Shown: positions 62,662 to 64,000 of the stretch, in pieces
Layout of the letters: every line of letters begins with the position of its first letter
Position numbering within the stretch: position 1 is the first letter of the stretch
Position numbers and translations under genes: made by a program
The notes under the pieces: model-generated
What the model was told of the DNA's origin: nothing
Seen by the model: only the letters and a program-made list of their open reading frames with translations
Databases searched by the model: none
Assembly: GCA_020849535.1 (NCBI GenBank)
Contig: JADLGB010000037.1
Coordinates: 28,814 to 92,813, forward strand
Direction: 5' to 3'
DNA: 64,000 nucleotides
Source: Candidatus Hydrogenedentota bacterium
Lineage (GTDB): Bacteria > Hydrogenedentota > Hydrogenedentia > Hydrogenedentales > SLHB01

Positions 62662-63303
62662 ATGGCAGTCTCAAAGTCCAGTCTCAAGAGGCGCGGCAAG
62701 GTCTTTTATCTCCGGTTCTCCGAAAACGCAACGCGCAAACGCATCAGTCTCCACACCAACTCGCGTGAAACAGCGAAAGAACTGCAACGGCAGTTTGACT
62801 CGGCCCGCGCACGCGGCGAGGGAAACGTATTTCCGACCAAGACGCCGTTGGCACGCGCTGTTACGGCGTATATCGCGCACATGAAGGTGGCGCGCACCCG
62901 GCACGGTTACACGGCTGATCTGAGCTATCTGCGCAACGCTTTTGGACCCATCTGCGAAGCGCTAAAGTTCAAAAGGCGCCACAACAGGGCGCCCGAGGAT
63001 GATGCCGATAAGCGGTGTCGCGGACACGCGATTGCCAGCGGTCTTGGCCTTAAGACGCCCACGCAATTGGATTATGAGATGAGTGCGCCAGACGCGCCCT
63101 TCCTGCTTAACGCCAAGTTCGTTCAGAACGTGTCAGTTCCTGATAGCGACGTGCAGGCTTACGTATTTGATCTGTCGGATGGTCGGTGCGCGGGGTTTCT
63201 ACGGTCCTGCCTGACGCCGCAATGGCTGGACCACCGGCCTATTGAACTTCAGCTCAACTCCAAGATATTTACAGTGATCACCAAACAGGGCGACCTCGTC
63301 TGA
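62662..63303 (+). pseudogene. Truncated/decayed tyrosine integrase (N-terminal core-binding part only)
   Basis: AAAGGAG RBS. First ~110 aa align with the 19616 integrase (KRGK.FY.R..., LHT.S...AKE.L..FE, PTKTP......AYIAH..VA.T......DL.YLR..FGP.C). The rest has no catalytic R-H-R-Y motifs. Confidence 0.6.
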
Positions 63304-63423
63304 CCGCACGGCATAGAGCCCACGGCCAAACAGAAGAAGGACACAAGGTACAATCAGTGGCGCACCGTCGTTTGGCCGGAGGGCACACCTCCGCCGGGAC
63401 CGCTGTCATTCACGCTGGCTACG

Positions 63424-63870
63424 GTGCAGGAGCGGTACGTCGTCACGACGAAGTCGCACATGCAGGAGTTGATATCGGTCATCAAGTCCGCTGTAGTGAA
63501 ACCCGCTGTTCCCTCAAGCATAGTGGCCCTGTCCAACGAATTATGGTTTTTTAGTCGCTCACCGACTGAGAAACAGGCCAAGAGAAAAGCCGGCATCCTC
63601 GTGGAGCGTGGCGGGGTAACCAGCCGACGATGGGAGGCCATGCGCGACGGCATAGAAGATTTCAACATCGTCTCGGACCTTCGCGACTTGGCAAAGCAGA
63701 AGGGTGACCATCAAGCCATGGCCGCTATCGATGCCGCCGTGGCCTATGTGGCCGACCATGTGCTGACAGGCGCTACTCGAGAAGCTGCGGAGTATGACTT
63801 CAGCTACGCCGACTTCATGACGCATCGTGCGAGGATTCGCCAGGAATATGAGCGTCTCTTAGCCGAGTGA
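63424..63870 (+). CDS. Hypothetical protein or gene fragment
   Basis: 148-aa ORF. WEAMRDGIEDFNIVSDL is vaguely reminiscent of the C-termini of DUF4091-type glycoside-hydrolase-associated proteins. May be the 3' remnant of a disrupted gene. Confidence 0.3.
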   Translation: MQERYVVTTKSHMQELISVIKSAVVKPAVPSSIVALSNELWFFSRSPTEKQAKRKAGILVERGGVTSRRWEAMRDGIEDFNIVSDLRDLAKQKGDHQAMAAIDAAVAYVADHVLTGATREAAEYDFSYADFMTHRARIRQEYERLLAE

Positions 63871-64000
63871 TCTCGGCAAGGGGTACCTCGGCGCGTTCTT
63901 GGGATGGCTGAGTTGGGTCGAGTTCGTATTCAGAATTGCTGCATCGATCCAGGAGGATTTACGAACTACCTGTTCACGCGTTGATTGGTGCGTGCCCTTC

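Overview
GC-rich bacterial chromosome segment; the phylum cannot be assigned from sequence alone. All calls come from reading motifs in the supplied translations and the DNA by eye; no database search was run.

nt 1-19.3 kb is ordinary core genome:
- HD-GYP phosphohydrolase (5' partial), SGNH hydrolase, half-size TSUP/TauE protein, S46 dipeptidyl-peptidase.
- A blaI/blaR1-like pair with twin palindromic operators. The BlaR1 homologue is a 1366-aa M56-HEAT-SecD-head fusion.
- tadA, a universal stress protein, an FGE-type enzyme, a class I/II aminotransferase and an NfeD/flotillin pair.

An initiator-type tRNA-Met (CAT) at 19378-19454 is followed by a ~43-kb integrative element (about 19.46-62.4 kb). 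It carries:
- A tyrosine integrase and an excisionase-like HTH protein.
- A scattered replication module: SSB-tailed small protein, SF3-helicase-like P-loop protein, AEP PrimPol, an Orc1/Cdc6-like initiator beside an AT-rich inverted-repeat-flanked candidate origin, and a DnaQ-like exonuclease.
- Class III ribonucleotide reductase nrdDG.
- A phage/plasmid-type early operon with an ArdC-like protein.

The element also carries three conflict-type modules:
1. A ~15.5-kb, 15-gene, translationally coupled minus-strand operon (28.2-43.8 kb). It encodes two FtsK/HerA-superfamily ATPases, an AAA-less Lon-like protease, four copies of one ~190-aa helical domain, a Hanks kinase, a beta-propeller protein, two coiled-coil proteins and a tail-anchored membrane protein. 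I cannot match it to any named system, and it is the best candidate for an undescribed system.
2. A lone NACHT-HEAT STAND NTPase with an unknown N-terminal domain.
3. A MoxR AAA+ / zincin-vWA pair with a SAP-motif partner.

At 62.37-63.3 kb there is a decayed second copy of the tRNA-3'half/att/integrase junction, which suggests tandem island accretion.

No rRNA, CRISPR array, IS transposase or virion genes were recognised. Many long antisense ORFs in the track are GC-driven shadow ORFs.
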